A stretch of 64,000 bases of DNA from Atribacterota bacterium (GTDB lineage Bacteria; Atribacterota; Phoenicimicrobiia; Phoenicimicrobiales; Stramentimicrobiaceae): NCBI GenBank assembly GCA_040767965.1, contig JAXGNR010000004.1, positions 160,001-224,000 on the forward strand, read 5' to 3'. Position numbers and translations under genes: made by a program. This document shows positions 50,985 to 61,074 of the stretch, one piece after another; the first letter of the stretch is position 1, and every line of letters starts with the position of its first letter. The notes under the pieces were generated by a model. That model had not been told where the DNA came from. It saw only the letters and a program-made list of their open reading frames with translations, and made no database searches.

Positions 50985-51073
50985 ATAGTTGTTAAATGGT
51001 AAACTATTCTAAAGAATAGGACACAAAACTATGGGTCTAAAGCTATTGCCAGGATTGCCAGGTTGCCAACTAT
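50985..51073 (+). promoter_or_regulatory. Cyclic di-GMP-I (GEMM-I) riboswitch
   Basis: P1 ATAGTTG/CAACTAT; GGTAAA-CTATTC-TAAA-GAATAG-GACACAAA; GGGTCTAAA...AGGATTGCCAGGTTGCC. Confidence 0.8.
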
Positions 51074-51175
51074 CTTTTTATTTCTTGAAAATAAATATTT
51101 ATCAAGCATAGTGTTTATAATATAATTGTTTTAGAAATGTGATAATAAAAATATAGATTAAAGGATTTTTAACAG

Positions 51176-51871
51176 ATGTCTGTTGCAGAAAATTTTCAGA
51201 AGATAAGATCGGGAATTCCTTCTCATGTCAAAATTGTCGCAGCTGCCAAAACACGCACAACAGGAGAAGTAGAAGAATTAATTAAAGCAGGAATAACCGA
51301 TATTGGGGAAAACTATGTGCAGGAAGCTGAAGAAATAATAAAATCTCTAAAGCCGGAACTGATTGAAAAAGTGAATTGGCATTTAATTGGTCATTTACAA
51401 AAAAATAAAATAAATAAAGCACTGCCTATTTTTAATTTAATTCAAAGCGTAGATTCCTTAGACTTAGCCAGAGAGATAAATAAGAGAGTGCAAAAGGCAG
51501 GAAAGGAATATATTTCTATTTTACTGGAAATAAATATTGGCAGCGAATTTTCCAAACATGGAATCCAACCTGATAAGAGCAATAACATAGATTTTGAGGA
51601 ATATATAGAAAAATTAGCCAGAGAGATTTCACTGCTTCCAGGGATCCGCATGGAGGGATTGATGACCATGGGACCTCAATTTGATGACCCTGAAAAATTA
51701 CGTCCATTTTTTAAAAAAACGAAAAAAATTTTTACCAGATTAGCAACATTAAATTTGGAGAGGCTTAATATGAAATATTTATCAATGGGTATGAGCAACT
51801 CTTATAAGGTGGCAATTGAAGAAGGTGCTAACATGGTAAGGATTGGAACTGCTATTTTTGGTCCCAGATAG
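51176..51871 (+). CDS. yggS: PLP homeostasis protein YggS
   Basis: GENYVQE, WHLIGHLQKNK, LSMGMS, MVRIGTAIFG. Confidence 0.95.
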   Translation: MSVAENFQKIRSGIPSHVKIVAAAKTRTTGEVEELIKAGITDIGENYVQEAEEIIKSLKPELIEKVNWHLIGHLQKNKINKALPIFNLIQSVDSLDLAREINKRVQKAGKEYISILLEINIGSEFSKHGIQPDKSNNIDFEEYIEKLAREISLLPGIRMEGLMTMGPQFDDPEKLRPFFKKTKKIFTRLATLNLERLNMKYLSMGMSNSYKVAIEEGANMVRIGTAIFGPR

Positions 51872-52001
51872 CTTTCTTTAAAAACAGTTATAAAATAAGA
51901 AAAATTATAATTATAAAAGATTTTAATTTGGAATATTTAAGATTAAGCATAATAAATTATATAGTTAGAATATTAGAGTGAAAATGAAAGGGGAGTTTAA
52001 T

Positions 52002-53030
52002 ATGAGAAAAAAATTTTACCTGATACAAATAATGTTATTTTGTATATTTTTAGTTGTTTTTACAGTTAATTCCTTTGCAAATAATGTTAATTTTGTCATT
52101 AAACAGATGGAAGAAAGTTACAGCAAACAAATGAGCGGGATTGATGATATGACAATTGTACAAGGGATGGATGCCGGATTTTTTAATGTAAAAGCAATAA
52201 CCTATCAAAAAAAGGATATTGTAAACAATAATGAAATTTTCAAATACCGGACTGAAACAGAAGTAATGGACATGAATACTGTAACAATTTATGATGGACT
52301 ATATACCTGGTCTAACGACCCACTCAGTGGAGAAGTTGAACAGAAAGAAGGAGGAATTGATCCTTTGCAGGTATGGAAAATATTTGATCCTGATAAAATG
52401 CAGTATTTAGGTGAAGAAAAAGTTAATGACAAGGATGCCTATGTAGTACAGTTGGATGGTGCAATCTGGATGATGGGGCAGGAGGAAATTGCCAGTCAGA
52501 ACATGTCCGAAGAGGCTGAAGAAATGGAAATGCAAAGTATTTACTGGATTGATAAAAGTCAATTTATCCCCTTGAAATCAAGAAATATAATGAAAACCAC
52601 TACAATTGAAGATGGTGAAACAGTTATTGTTAATACAGTATCAGATGTTCAATTCTTAGATTACCGACTTGCTGGTTCAATGCTTATCCCCTACAAAGTA
52701 GTCATTTCAACTGAAATGGAAATTGATGACCCGACAATGAGTGAAGAAGAAAAGAAAATGGCCCAATCTATGATGAGCAGTATGGGAATGGGAGAAATGG
52801 AAATGACAGTCCAAAGTGTTGAGATAAATAAAGGATTATCTGATGACCTTTTTGATGGTACAAAATTGGAACCAACAGAAGGTATGCTGAAGCAAATGCC
52901 AGGTACCGAAGAAGGACAGAAAAGTTCAACCGGAGTACTTGACGAAATAGAGTCAATGTCTGAAGAAGACATCAGTCAGATGTTAGAAGGATTTATGGAT
53001 ATGATTAAAGATTTTGCCCCTAAAGAATAA
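52002..53030 (+). CDS. Secreted LolA-like fold protein
   Basis: GGGGAG RBS; signal peptide; KYRTE...TIYDG..TW, YLGEEKV....AYV, YWIDK...P, VEINKGLSDDLF. Confidence 0.6.
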   Translation: MRKKFYLIQIMLFCIFLVVFTVNSFANNVNFVIKQMEESYSKQMSGIDDMTIVQGMDAGFFNVKAITYQKKDIVNNNEIFKYRTETEVMDMNTVTIYDGLYTWSNDPLSGEVEQKEGGIDPLQVWKIFDPDKMQYLGEEKVNDKDAYVVQLDGAIWMMGQEEIASQNMSEEAEEMEMQSIYWIDKSQFIPLKSRNIMKTTTIEDGETVIVNTVSDVQFLDYRLAGSMLIPYKVVISTEMEIDDPTMSEEEKKMAQSMMSSMGMGEMEMTVQSVEINKGLSDDLFDGTKLEPTEGMLKQMPGTEEGQKSSTGVLDEIESMSEEDISQMLEGFMDMIKDFAPKE

Positions 53031-53195
53031 TAATTGAGTTTATTTTACTTTTGCTAAATATACCTGTTTGGTTATTCTTTAGTTATCATCTTAGCTTGTA
53101 ACAAAACAAATAAATTATGAAGAATCGATAGGTCGAACATTAAAGGCTAAAAAGCTTCTCCTATCGATTCTTCTTTAAAATCGGCATAATTAAAT

Positions 53196-54245
53196 ATGAA
53201 AATAAAAAATAAAATACAAAATATTTCCTTAAAAGAATTAGGAGATAATCTTGCAGAGGTAAATTTCCCTTCTTTTCGCGCCAAACAGGTTTTTGACTGG
53301 ATTTATAAGAAAAATGCTAGCTCTTATGATGAAATGCTGAATCTGCCAGCTAATCTTCGGGATTGGCTAAAAGAAAACTTACAGCTTGCCGAGATTGAAT
53401 GTCTTAAAAGACAAAAATCACAGGATAATTCTGAAAAATTATTATTTAGAATCGACAATCGTTATTTATTGGAAACTGTATTAATAAGAGGGAAAAAGAG
53501 AAATACTGTCTGTCTTTCATCTCAAATAGGATGTGCAAGAAACTGTCTTTTTTGTGCAACAGGCAAAGATGGCCTTCAGAAGAATTTAGAACCCGCAGAT
53601 ATAATTAATCAAATTTTAGCTGTTCAAAAAATTACCCAGGAAAAAATAAGCAATGTGGTTTTTATGGGAATGGGAGAACCTTTTGACAATTATCAGAATG
53701 TTTTAAAATCAATTCAAATTATTAATCATCAGCAGGGTATAAACATAGGAGCCCGTAAGATTACTATTTCTACCTGCGGAATCATCCCTGGTATAATTCA
53801 GTTGACTAATTGCCCGTTACAAATTGAACTTTCTGTTTCTCTTCATTCTGCTGATGATAAAGTTCGAACTTACTTAATGCCTGTAAACAAAAAATATCCT
53901 CTCAAAAAACTATTACAAACCTGCAGAAGATATGTGGAAAAAAAGAATCGCCAGATTACTTTTGAATATTTGATGTTGAAAGGAATTAACGATTCTATGG
54001 AAGACGCTTTTCAATTATGCAAACTGATTGCAGGGTTCGATGCCAAAATAAATTTAATTGCCTATAATGATATTGAAAATAAAACTAACTTAATTCCCTC
54101 TGCCAAAGATACTATCCTTTCATTTCAGAAGATATTAATAAAAAATCATATTCCTGCTACAATAAGATATTCAAAAGGAGCCGATATAAAAGCTGCGTGC
54201 GGGCAATTAAGAAAGATACATTCTCAAAGCAATAAAAACAGCTAA
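53196..54245 (+). CDS. rlmN: 23S rRNA m2A2503 methyltransferase RlmN
   Basis: SSQIGCARNCLFCATG, MGMGEP, SLHS, DI.AACGQL. Confidence 0.95.
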   Translation: MKIKNKIQNISLKELGDNLAEVNFPSFRAKQVFDWIYKKNASSYDEMLNLPANLRDWLKENLQLAEIECLKRQKSQDNSEKLLFRIDNRYLLETVLIRGKKRNTVCLSSQIGCARNCLFCATGKDGLQKNLEPADIINQILAVQKITQEKISNVVFMGMGEPFDNYQNVLKSIQIINHQQGINIGARKITISTCGIIPGIIQLTNCPLQIELSVSLHSADDKVRTYLMPVNKKYPLKKLLQTCRRYVEKKNRQITFEYLMLKGINDSMEDAFQLCKLIAGFDAKINLIAYNDIENKTNLIPSAKDTILSFQKILIKNHIPATIRYSKGADIKAACGQLRKIHSQSNKNS

Positions 54246-54278
54246 TAGTAGATAATCAGAACTGTAAAATATAATATC

Positions 54279-54306
54279 TTGACTTTCGTTTGATATCTGT
54301 TATACT
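54279..54306 (+). promoter_or_regulatory. sigma70 promoter of the tRNA
   Basis: TTGACT-N16-TATACT with extended -10 TG. Confidence 0.6.
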
Positions 54307-54326
54307 TTTAAAGGAGTATTTTCTTA

Positions 54327-54402
54327 GGGCCCATAGCTCAGCTGGTAGAGCAGCCGGCTCATAACCGGCCGGTCCCTGGTTCGAATCCGGGTGGGCCCAC
54401 CA
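54327..54402 (+). tRNA. tRNA-CAT, most likely tRNA-Ile2 (lysidine)
   Basis: GGGCCCA/TGGGCCC acceptor, GCCGG-CTCATAA-CCGGC anticodon arm, GTTCGAATC, encoded CCA; lacks initiator features. Confidence 0.93.
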
Positions 54403-54514
54403 AATAATCAAATATCTGTTATAAAAGAGTTCTTATGAAAAAAAACCGCTTAAAATTATTCAAAATATCCAATAAATTAAAAAAAGATAATAAAGCTGAC
54501 TTGGCTATATTTAT

Positions 54515-54556
54515 AAAAGCCTTACTTTAAAATAAAATTTAAAGTAAGGCTTTTTT
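54515..54556 (+). terminator. Rho-independent terminator after tRNA
   Basis: AAAAGCCTTACTTTAAA...TTTAAAGTAAGGCTTTTTT. Confidence 0.8.
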
Positions 54557-54606
54557 GTTTATATAAAAGCCTTAAATGAGAGTATTAACTTGAAAGGAGT
54601 AGTTTA

Positions 54607-55326
54607 TTGAAAGAACAGTTGCATGCCTTGCTATTACTACAGGAAATAGATACACAAATTAATAGAGAAGAAGAGAAGCAAAAACAGTTGCCTGCTAAAA
54701 TAAAGGAAATACAGAATATAATAGCAGGAATAGAAAGTAGAAAAAATATTGGAAATGAAAACCTGAAATCAATACAACTAAAAATAAAAAGAAGAGAAAT
54801 AGATGCCAAGGCAATTGATACAAAAATTGAAAAACATCAAAATGAGCTATATGGCGGAAAAACAAGTGATATTAAAGAGTTAAAACAATTGCAAAAGGTA
54901 ATAGAATTATTAAAAGCAGACAGAGACAAAGTTGAAGAAGATCTGCTAATAATTATGGATCAGGAAGATGATTTAAAAGCAGAGTTGCAAAAAATAGAAC
55001 AGGAATTATCTCAGGCAAAAAATCAACTGCAAAAAATAGAGCAAGATATGAATAAGCAGGAAAAAGAAATAAGTGCCTTTATTGAGCAAAAAACACAGGA
55101 AAGAAAGAAAATTATCAGCAGCATCAATAACGAGGATTTAATAAATAGATATAATATGCTCTGGCAAGAAAAAGAAGGCTTGGTTTTAACTGAAATCGAA
55201 GGATCTATTTGCAGTGGCTGTAACCTGTCTTTGCCCAGTGATATTATTTACCAGCTGCAAAAAAACAGTGTATTGATAACCTGCCCTAATTGTAATAGAA
55301 TATTACTGTGGAAAGAAAATAAATAA
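54607..55326 (+). CDS. Coiled-coil protein with C4 zinc ribbon (zf-RING_7/CT398-like)
   Basis: LLLLQEID, long coiled-coil, CSGC...CPNCNRIL. Confidence 0.9.
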   Translation: MKEQLHALLLLQEIDTQINREEEKQKQLPAKIKEIQNIIAGIESRKNIGNENLKSIQLKIKRREIDAKAIDTKIEKHQNELYGGKTSDIKELKQLQKVIELLKADRDKVEEDLLIIMDQEDDLKAELQKIEQELSQAKNQLQKIEQDMNKQEKEISAFIEQKTQERKKIISSINNEDLINRYNMLWQEKEGLVLTEIEGSICSGCNLSLPSDIIYQLQKNSVLITCPNCNRILLWKENK

Positions 55327-55333
55327 ATGTTTG

Positions 55334-55690
55334 CTGGCAAGTGAACCAGGTAATCGCAGGCTTAGCAATAAGCTTGAGGAAAGTCCGAGCTCCAAAGGGC
55401 AAGATGCTGGGTAACTCCCAGTAAGGGTGACCTTAGGAAAGTGCTACAGAAAAGAAAACAGCCAATATGGCAATGGTGAAAAGGTAGGGTAAGAGCCTAC
55501 CAGTTATTGGGTGACCAATAAGCTTAGCAAACCCCATCTGGAGCAAGATCAAGAAGGAAACAATTAGTTGCCCGCTAGAAGTTTCCGGGTAGATCGCTAG
55601 AAGCAGAGGGTAACCTCTGTTCAAGATAGATGATTACCGCATCATATTTTTAATATGGTGACAGAACTCGGCTTATGATTCACTTGCCAG
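55334..55690 (+). ncRNA. rnpB: RNase P RNA (type A)
   Basis: P1 CTGGCAAGTGAA/TTCACTTGCCAG; GAGGAAAGTCCGAGC; AGTGCTACAGAAA; ACAGAACTCGGCTTAT. Confidence 0.96.
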
Positions 55691-55904
55691 AAAATAGATA
55701 ATTATTATTTCCCGAAACTACTCATAAAACCCCAGAAAAAATCTTTACTTAAATGAATATTTTTTATTCTCCAAAAATTATTTTTTGTTATTTGTATTAT
55801 TTTAAAATATTATTCCAATTTTCATTAAAATATCCAAAATCTTGAAAAAAATTTTTTAAAAAAAAAGAGGATTTTTTTATTTAAATGTAGTATACTGTCT
55901 TTAA

Positions 55905-55930
55905 GTGGAGGAAAGTGGAGGAAAGTGGAA
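55905..55930 (+). promoter_or_regulatory. MraZ operator: three GTGGA(G/A) boxes at 10-bp period
   Basis: GTGGAG-GAAA-GTGGAG-GAAA-GTGGAA directly before mraZ ATG. Confidence 0.85.
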
Positions 55931-55931
55931 A

Positions 55932-56375
55932 ATGATTTTCCTTGGTCAGTATGAACATTCCCTGGATAAAAAAGGCAGGATCATTATGCCTTCCAATTTT
56001 CGAGAAGATTTGGGAGAAAATTTTGTTGTCACTTTTGGTTTAGACAAATGCCTTTTTGTATACCCGATGGAAGAATGGCAGAAGCTGGCCAACAGCTTAC
56101 AAGGATTACCTTTGGGTAAAAAAGACGCACGCTCTTTTAAAAGAACTTTAGCATCCAGAGCATTAATCAGTAAGTTTGACCTGCAAGGAAGAGTAGTTCT
56201 TTCCAAGCATTTAAGAGATTATGCAGAAATAAGCAAAAATGTCATGATAATCGGTGTCTTTGAACGAATAGAAATATGGGATTTAGAGAAATGGCAGGGT
56301 TATGCTGAAGAAACCGAAAAATCGTACGAAGATATCGCAGAACGCATTTATGAAAAAGAAGGGCCGGATTCATGA
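55932..56375 (+). CDS. mraZ: Transcriptional regulator MraZ
   Basis: FLGQYEHSLDKKGRI, D.QGR, RIEIW; start ATG 55932. Confidence 0.96.
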   Translation: MIFLGQYEHSLDKKGRIIMPSNFREDLGENFVVTFGLDKCLFVYPMEEWQKLANSLQGLPLGKKDARSFKRTLASRALISKFDLQGRVVLSKHLRDYAEISKNVMIIGVFERIEIWDLEKWQGYAEETEKSYEDIAERIYEKEGPDS

Positions 56376-57328
56376 TCGATTATCATGAACCGGTAATGTG
56401 TTCACAAGTTCTAAATTACTTAATAACTAAAAAAAATGGAATTTATTTAGATTGCACTTTAGGAGGAGGTGGTCATTCTCAAAAAATATTAGAGATTATT
56501 TATCCGGAAGGGTATCTGATTGGCTTGGACCAGGATATTGATGCATTAGAATATGCCAGAATAAAACTAAAAAAATATGAAGACAGATTAATGATAATTA
56601 AAAGTAATTTTAAAGATTTACGATTGCTTTTAAGTGAAATAAATTTCATGCAGATTACCGGTATTTTATTTGATCTGGGTTTATCTTCACACCAACTTGA
56701 TAATCGTTCCAGAGGTTTTAGTTTTATGGGCGACCATTTGCTGGATATGAGAATGGATTTAAGTAGCCAATTTACTGCTTATGATGTAATAAACGGTTAT
56801 ACTGAGCAGGAATTATGGGATATTTTCAGCAGATATGGAGAAGAACGTTTTTCTCGCTCCATAGCAAAAATAATCGTGGAAGAAAGAAAAAAAAATCCCA
56901 TTAAATCAACCACCCAGCTGGCTGATCTGGTAAAAAGACCTTATGTAAAATATAAGAAAAATAAATGGCGGATTCATCCAGCAACAAAAATATTCCAGGC
57001 CTTGAGAATCGAAGTAAATGATGAATTGAAGGTTTTACAGCAAGCATTACAGGATTCAATATCAATACTGGAACCGCAGGGAAGAATTTGCGTGTTAGCA
57101 TATCATTCTCTGGAAGACAGAATAGCCAAACATACTTTTAAAGATTATTCAAAAAAAGAAACGATTAACAAAAATGGTTACGGTTTAAAAATATTATCAA
57201 AAAAGCCATTTTATCCTACAAAAGATGAAATTGAAAAAAACCAAAGAGCCCGTAGTGCAAAAATGAGAGTTGCCGAGAAAATCTTTTTAGAGGAAGTATC
57301 TAAAAATGAAAAATATCATGCTGATTGA
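56372..57328 (+). CDS. rsmH: 16S rRNA m4C1402 methyltransferase
   Basis: DCTLGGGGHS, DLGLSS.QLD...RGFSF, FQALRIEVN, HSLEDR. Confidence 0.97.
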   Translation: MIDYHEPVMCSQVLNYLITKKNGIYLDCTLGGGGHSQKILEIIYPEGYLIGLDQDIDALEYARIKLKKYEDRLMIIKSNFKDLRLLLSEINFMQITGILFDLGLSSHQLDNRSRGFSFMGDHLLDMRMDLSSQFTAYDVINGYTEQELWDIFSRYGEERFSRSIAKIIVEERKKNPIKSTTQLADLVKRPYVKYKKNKWRIHPATKIFQALRIEVNDELKVLQQALQDSISILEPQGRICVLAYHSLEDRIAKHTFKDYSKKETINKNGYGLKILSKKPFYPTKDEIEKNQRARSAKMRVAEKIFLEEVSKNEKYHAD

Positions 57329-57746
57329 AGAAAACAATCAATTTCAAAGAAAAAATCACAAGGTATCATTTTATATATTTTTATTTATTATATTTGTAGT
57401 CGGTTTAATGGTTATTGGTTATATATGCAGTAATATTGCATTGATGAAACTAGGATATCAATCAATTGATTTAGAGCAAAAAAGAGACTACTTTTTAAAG
57501 GAAAATGCTCAAATGGAATATTCTGTTGAATGTCTGTCTTCATTAACCAGGATAGAGCAAATTGCTTGTGAGGAATTAGGAATGCGCAGGGCAGAGAATA
57601 TAGAATTTATAGCAATGGTTCCTGCTAAAATAAATACCGAAATGGTAGCAAGCAAGCCAGCAGGGGAAATGCAACAAACAGATTATCTGGAAGCAGGCAG
57701 TCTATTCAGGGAATTTGCCAGTTTACAAATATTTAGAAATCAATAG
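57306..57746 (+). CDS. ftsL: Cell division protein FtsL-like
   Basis: Single TM + coiled-coil, LSS..RIEQIA..ELGM; dcw position. Confidence 0.8.
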   Translation: MKNIMLIEENNQFQRKNHKVSFYIFLFIIFVVGLMVIGYICSNIALMKLGYQSIDLEQKRDYFLKENAQMEYSVECLSSLTRIEQIACEELGMRRAENIEFIAMVPAKINTEMVASKPAGEMQQTDYLEAGSLFREFASLQIFRNQ

Positions 57747-57797
57747 AATATTAGCATAAGAACAGAAGAATAGAATTGGACAAACGAGGCTAAGAAA

Positions 57798-59480
57798 TTG
57801 TTTCAATTGGTTGAAAAAAAGAAAAGAGTTCAATTATTAACTTTCGGTTTTATTATAATTTTTTTTATATTAATTTACCGTCTCTTTCAAATACAAATTG
57901 TGGAGGGCAGTAAGCTAAGTGAGCTTGCACGGAAAGAACATGTGGTTTCTTATGTACTGGATGGTAAAAGAGGAGCCATTTTTGATCGTAATATGAAAAG
58001 ATTAGCGGTAAATGTGGATGCCCAATCTTTATTTGCTATTCCTTATAAAATTGAAAATTCAGATGAAACAGCAAAGGTTCTTGCTGAAAAGACTGGATTA
58101 AAATACCAGAATATAAAAGACCAATTAGAAAAAGAAAGATATTTTGTCTGGATACAAAGAAAGCTGTCTTCTGAAAAATATCAAGAAATAGAAGAACTCG
58201 GATTAGAAGGAATTGATTTTGTAACAGAAAGTACCCGTTATTATCCTAAAGATTTTCTGGCTGCCAATTTACTGGGTTTTGTAGGTATCGATAATCAGGG
58301 ATTGGAGGGTCTGGAGATGTTTTTTGAGAAGGAATTAGAAAGCATACCTGGTTTATTGGTAATGGAAAGAGATGCCTCCGGAGCAAAAATTCCTTTAAGT
58401 ATGGAAAAGATGCAGCCATCCAAAGACGGTAATTCAATTGTATTGACTATAGATGAAGTTTTGCAATATATTACCGAAGAAGCATTAGAAGAAGCTTATC
58501 AGCAGTATCGTCCCAAATCTGCTGTTGCTATTGTAGTCAATCCCAAAACAGGAGAAATTTTAAGCCTGGCAGTAAGACCTACTTACAATCTAAATAATTT
58601 CCAAAATATCCCAAAAGATTTATGGAAAAACCGCGCTATAACCGATAGCTATGAACCAGGGTCTACATTTAAAATATTTACAATTGCTACAGCATTAGAG
58701 AATAATTATGCAAGTTTAAATGATCATTTTAACTGCAAAGGTTCAATAAGATTTCAGGGAACTGTTATCCGTGATATCGATCCTCATGGATACCAGGATT
58801 TGACTGAAGTGATGAAAAATTCCTGTAATGTAGGAGTAATTGAAGTAGGGATTAGAATGGATGAAAAAATTTTTGCAGACACAATACGGAATTTTGGCTT
58901 TGGTCAGCTAACTGATGTGCAGATGCCCGGTGAGGCAGCAGGATTATTCAGGCCTGTAGAACAGTGGTCTAAACTTTCTATCGCTTCCCTGTCTATAGGA
59001 CAGGAAATTTCCGTTACTCCTTTACAATTAGCCATGGCTACGGCAGCAATAGCCAATGATGGTGTTCTGATGAAACCTTTGATAGTAAAACAGGTACTTG
59101 ATTCAGAGTCTAATATAATCAAAGAATATCATCCTGAGAAAGTAAGGCAGGTTATTTCTCCAAGAACAGCCATGACTATGATGAATATATTAAAAGAAGT
59201 TGTAGATGATGGAACAGGCAGGAGGGCGATGCCTGATAATTATTCAGCAGGCGGGAAAACAGGTACTTCTCAAAAATTTGATTTTTCTTTAGGCAGATAT
59301 TCAAATGAAAAATTTACATCCTGGTTTGTTGGCTTTACACCCAGTCATGATGCCGAGCTTGCTATTCTGGTTATGCTGGATGAACCTAAGGGGAGTTATT
59401 ATGGAGGAACTGTTGCTGCTCCGGTTTTTCAGGAAATAGCCACAAAGGCACTTCCTTATATGTCAATTCCTCCTGAATAA
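57798..59480 (+). CDS. ftsI: Class B penicillin-binding protein (FtsI-like, no PASTA)
   Basis: RGAIFDRN, EPGSTFK, SCN, KTGT. Confidence 0.88.
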   Translation: MFQLVEKKKRVQLLTFGFIIIFFILIYRLFQIQIVEGSKLSELARKEHVVSYVLDGKRGAIFDRNMKRLAVNVDAQSLFAIPYKIENSDETAKVLAEKTGLKYQNIKDQLEKERYFVWIQRKLSSEKYQEIEELGLEGIDFVTESTRYYPKDFLAANLLGFVGIDNQGLEGLEMFFEKELESIPGLLVMERDASGAKIPLSMEKMQPSKDGNSIVLTIDEVLQYITEEALEEAYQQYRPKSAVAIVVNPKTGEILSLAVRPTYNLNNFQNIPKDLWKNRAITDSYEPGSTFKIFTIATALENNYASLNDHFNCKGSIRFQGTVIRDIDPHGYQDLTEVMKNSCNVGVIEVGIRMDEKIFADTIRNFGFGQLTDVQMPGEAAGLFRPVEQWSKLSIASLSIGQEISVTPLQLAMATAAIANDGVLMKPLIVKQVLDSESNIIKEYHPEKVRQVISPRTAMTMMNILKEVVDDGTGRRAMPDNYSAGGKTGTSQKFDFSLGRYSNEKFTSWFVGFTPSHDAELAILVMLDEPKGSYYGGTVAAPVFQEIATKALPYMSIPPE

Positions 59481-59589
59481 AATAAATTAAAAATTATTTT
59501 ACTTTTTATTATATATTAAGTAAGATATTCCTTGTGTGCACTATCAAGATAAAAAGCAGAAAAATTGAATTCCGGAATAAGGTGGGAAA

Positions 59590-61074
59590 TTGAATTTAAA
59601 ATCATTAATACAGGATATAAAAATTAAAGAAATAATTGGCAATACTGATATTGATATCAAAGGTATATCACAAAATTCCCAAAAAGTTCAAGATGGTTAT
59701 CTTTTTGTATGCATTGAGGGATTTTACCAGGATGGCCATAATTTTATTGCAGATGCTGTAAAAAAAGGTGCTAAGGCAATTTTAGTGCAAAAAAAAATAC
59801 CAGTTGATCAACATACTGTTTTGATTAGAGTAGAGGATACCCGTAAAGCCCTGGCTTTATTGGCTAATCGATACTATGATTTTCCTTCACAGAGAATAAA
59901 AATGATTGGGATAACAGGGACAAATGGAAAAACAACAGTAGCATATATGCTAAAGGCTATTTTTGAAGAGGCCAATAAAAAAGTTGGTTTATTAACTACT
60001 GTAGAGAATATAATAAATAATAAAAAAGTACCTTCAAAAATGACTACTATGGAGTCTCTTGATTTGCAGCAGGCATTCAGTGACATGATTGCCAGCAAAA
60101 CAGATTATTGTATTATGGAAGTATCTTCCCATTCTTTGAGCTTGTCAAGAGTAGAAGGCTGTGATTTTGATATTGCAGTTTTTACCAATATTAGCGATGA
60201 ACATTTTGAGATACATCACAATTTTCAAAATTATCTTGATAGCAAAAAAAAATTATTTCAAAATCTTACTCTAAACAGTCAAAACAGCCAGGATAAAGCA
60301 GGGATTGTTAATATAGATGAAGAATATGCAGACGAGTTTTTAAATAGTCTACAGGTAACAAAAATTACCTATGGAATTGAAAAAGATGCTATGTTTAGTG
60401 CCCAAAATATCAGGATGGATTTAAGAAAAACTAGCTTTCTTGCAAGAACACCTCAGGGAAATGCAGAAATCTTACTGAATATGAGCGGTAAGTATAATAT
60501 TTACAATTCTTTAGCTGCTATTGCAGCAGCTGTGAATCAGGGTATTCCCCTGGATACTATTGCTCTTGCATTTCAAAAATTTTCCGGTGCACCTGGAAGA
60601 TATAAATTATTAGATTACGGGCAGCCATATACTATTATAATTGATTTTGCCCACAACTTTCATGGATTGGAACATATCTTATCAACATTAGAGTTGTTTC
60701 CCAGAAATAAGATTATTACTATTTTCGGCCATGGAGGGGAAAGAGATAACCGGGTCAGAAAAAAGATGGGAAAAGTAGTTGGTACTCATAGTGATTATAG
60801 TATTATTACTGCTGATAATCCACGTAGCGAAGATCTGGAAACTATTGCCGGGGAAATAGAAAAGGGATTCCTGGAGGTAAAAAACAGTAATTATCAAATT
60901 ATTCTGGATAGATTTCAAGCTATTAAACATGCCCTTGATGTTGCTGAAAAGAATGATATAGTGCTGATTGCAGGTAAAGGCCCTGAAGATCAGCAAGTAT
61001 ATCATGATAAAACTATATACCACAATGATGAAATGGTTGTAAGGAATATTTTAAAGAACAAAGGTGGTACTTAA
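59590..61074 (+). CDS. murE: MurE ligase (DNPR motif, meso-DAP type)
   Basis: GITGTNGKTT, MEVSSH, DFAHN, DNPR, AGKG. Confidence 0.93.
   Translation: MNLKSLIQDIKIKEIIGNTDIDIKGISQNSQKVQDGYLFVCIEGFYQDGHNFIADAVKKGAKAILVQKKIPVDQHTVLIRVEDTRKALALLANRYYDFPSQRIKMIGITGTNGKTTVAYMLKAIFEEANKKVGLLTTVENIINNKKVPSKMTTMESLDLQQAFSDMIASKTDYCIMEVSSHSLSLSRVEGCDFDIAVFTNISDEHFEIHHNFQNYLDSKKKLFQNLTLNSQNSQDKAGIVNIDEEYADEFLNSLQVTKITYGIEKDAMFSAQNIRMDLRKTSFLARTPQGNAEILLNMSGKYNIYNSLAAIAAAVNQGIPLDTIALAFQKFSGAPGRYKLLDYGQPYTIIIDFAHNFHGLEHILSTLELFPRNKIITIFGHGGERDNRVRKKMGKVVGTHSDYSIITADNPRSEDLETIAGEIEKGFLEVKNSNYQIILDRFQAIKHALDVAEKNDIVLIAGKGPEDQQVYHDKTIYHNDEMVVRNILKNKGGT

Noticed and set aside
55433-55624. 63-aa minus-strand ORF
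   Set aside because: Antisense to RNase P RNA.
55905-55931. N-terminal extension MEESGGKWK of MraZ
   Set aside because: It is the translated operator repeat; the real start is ATG 55932.
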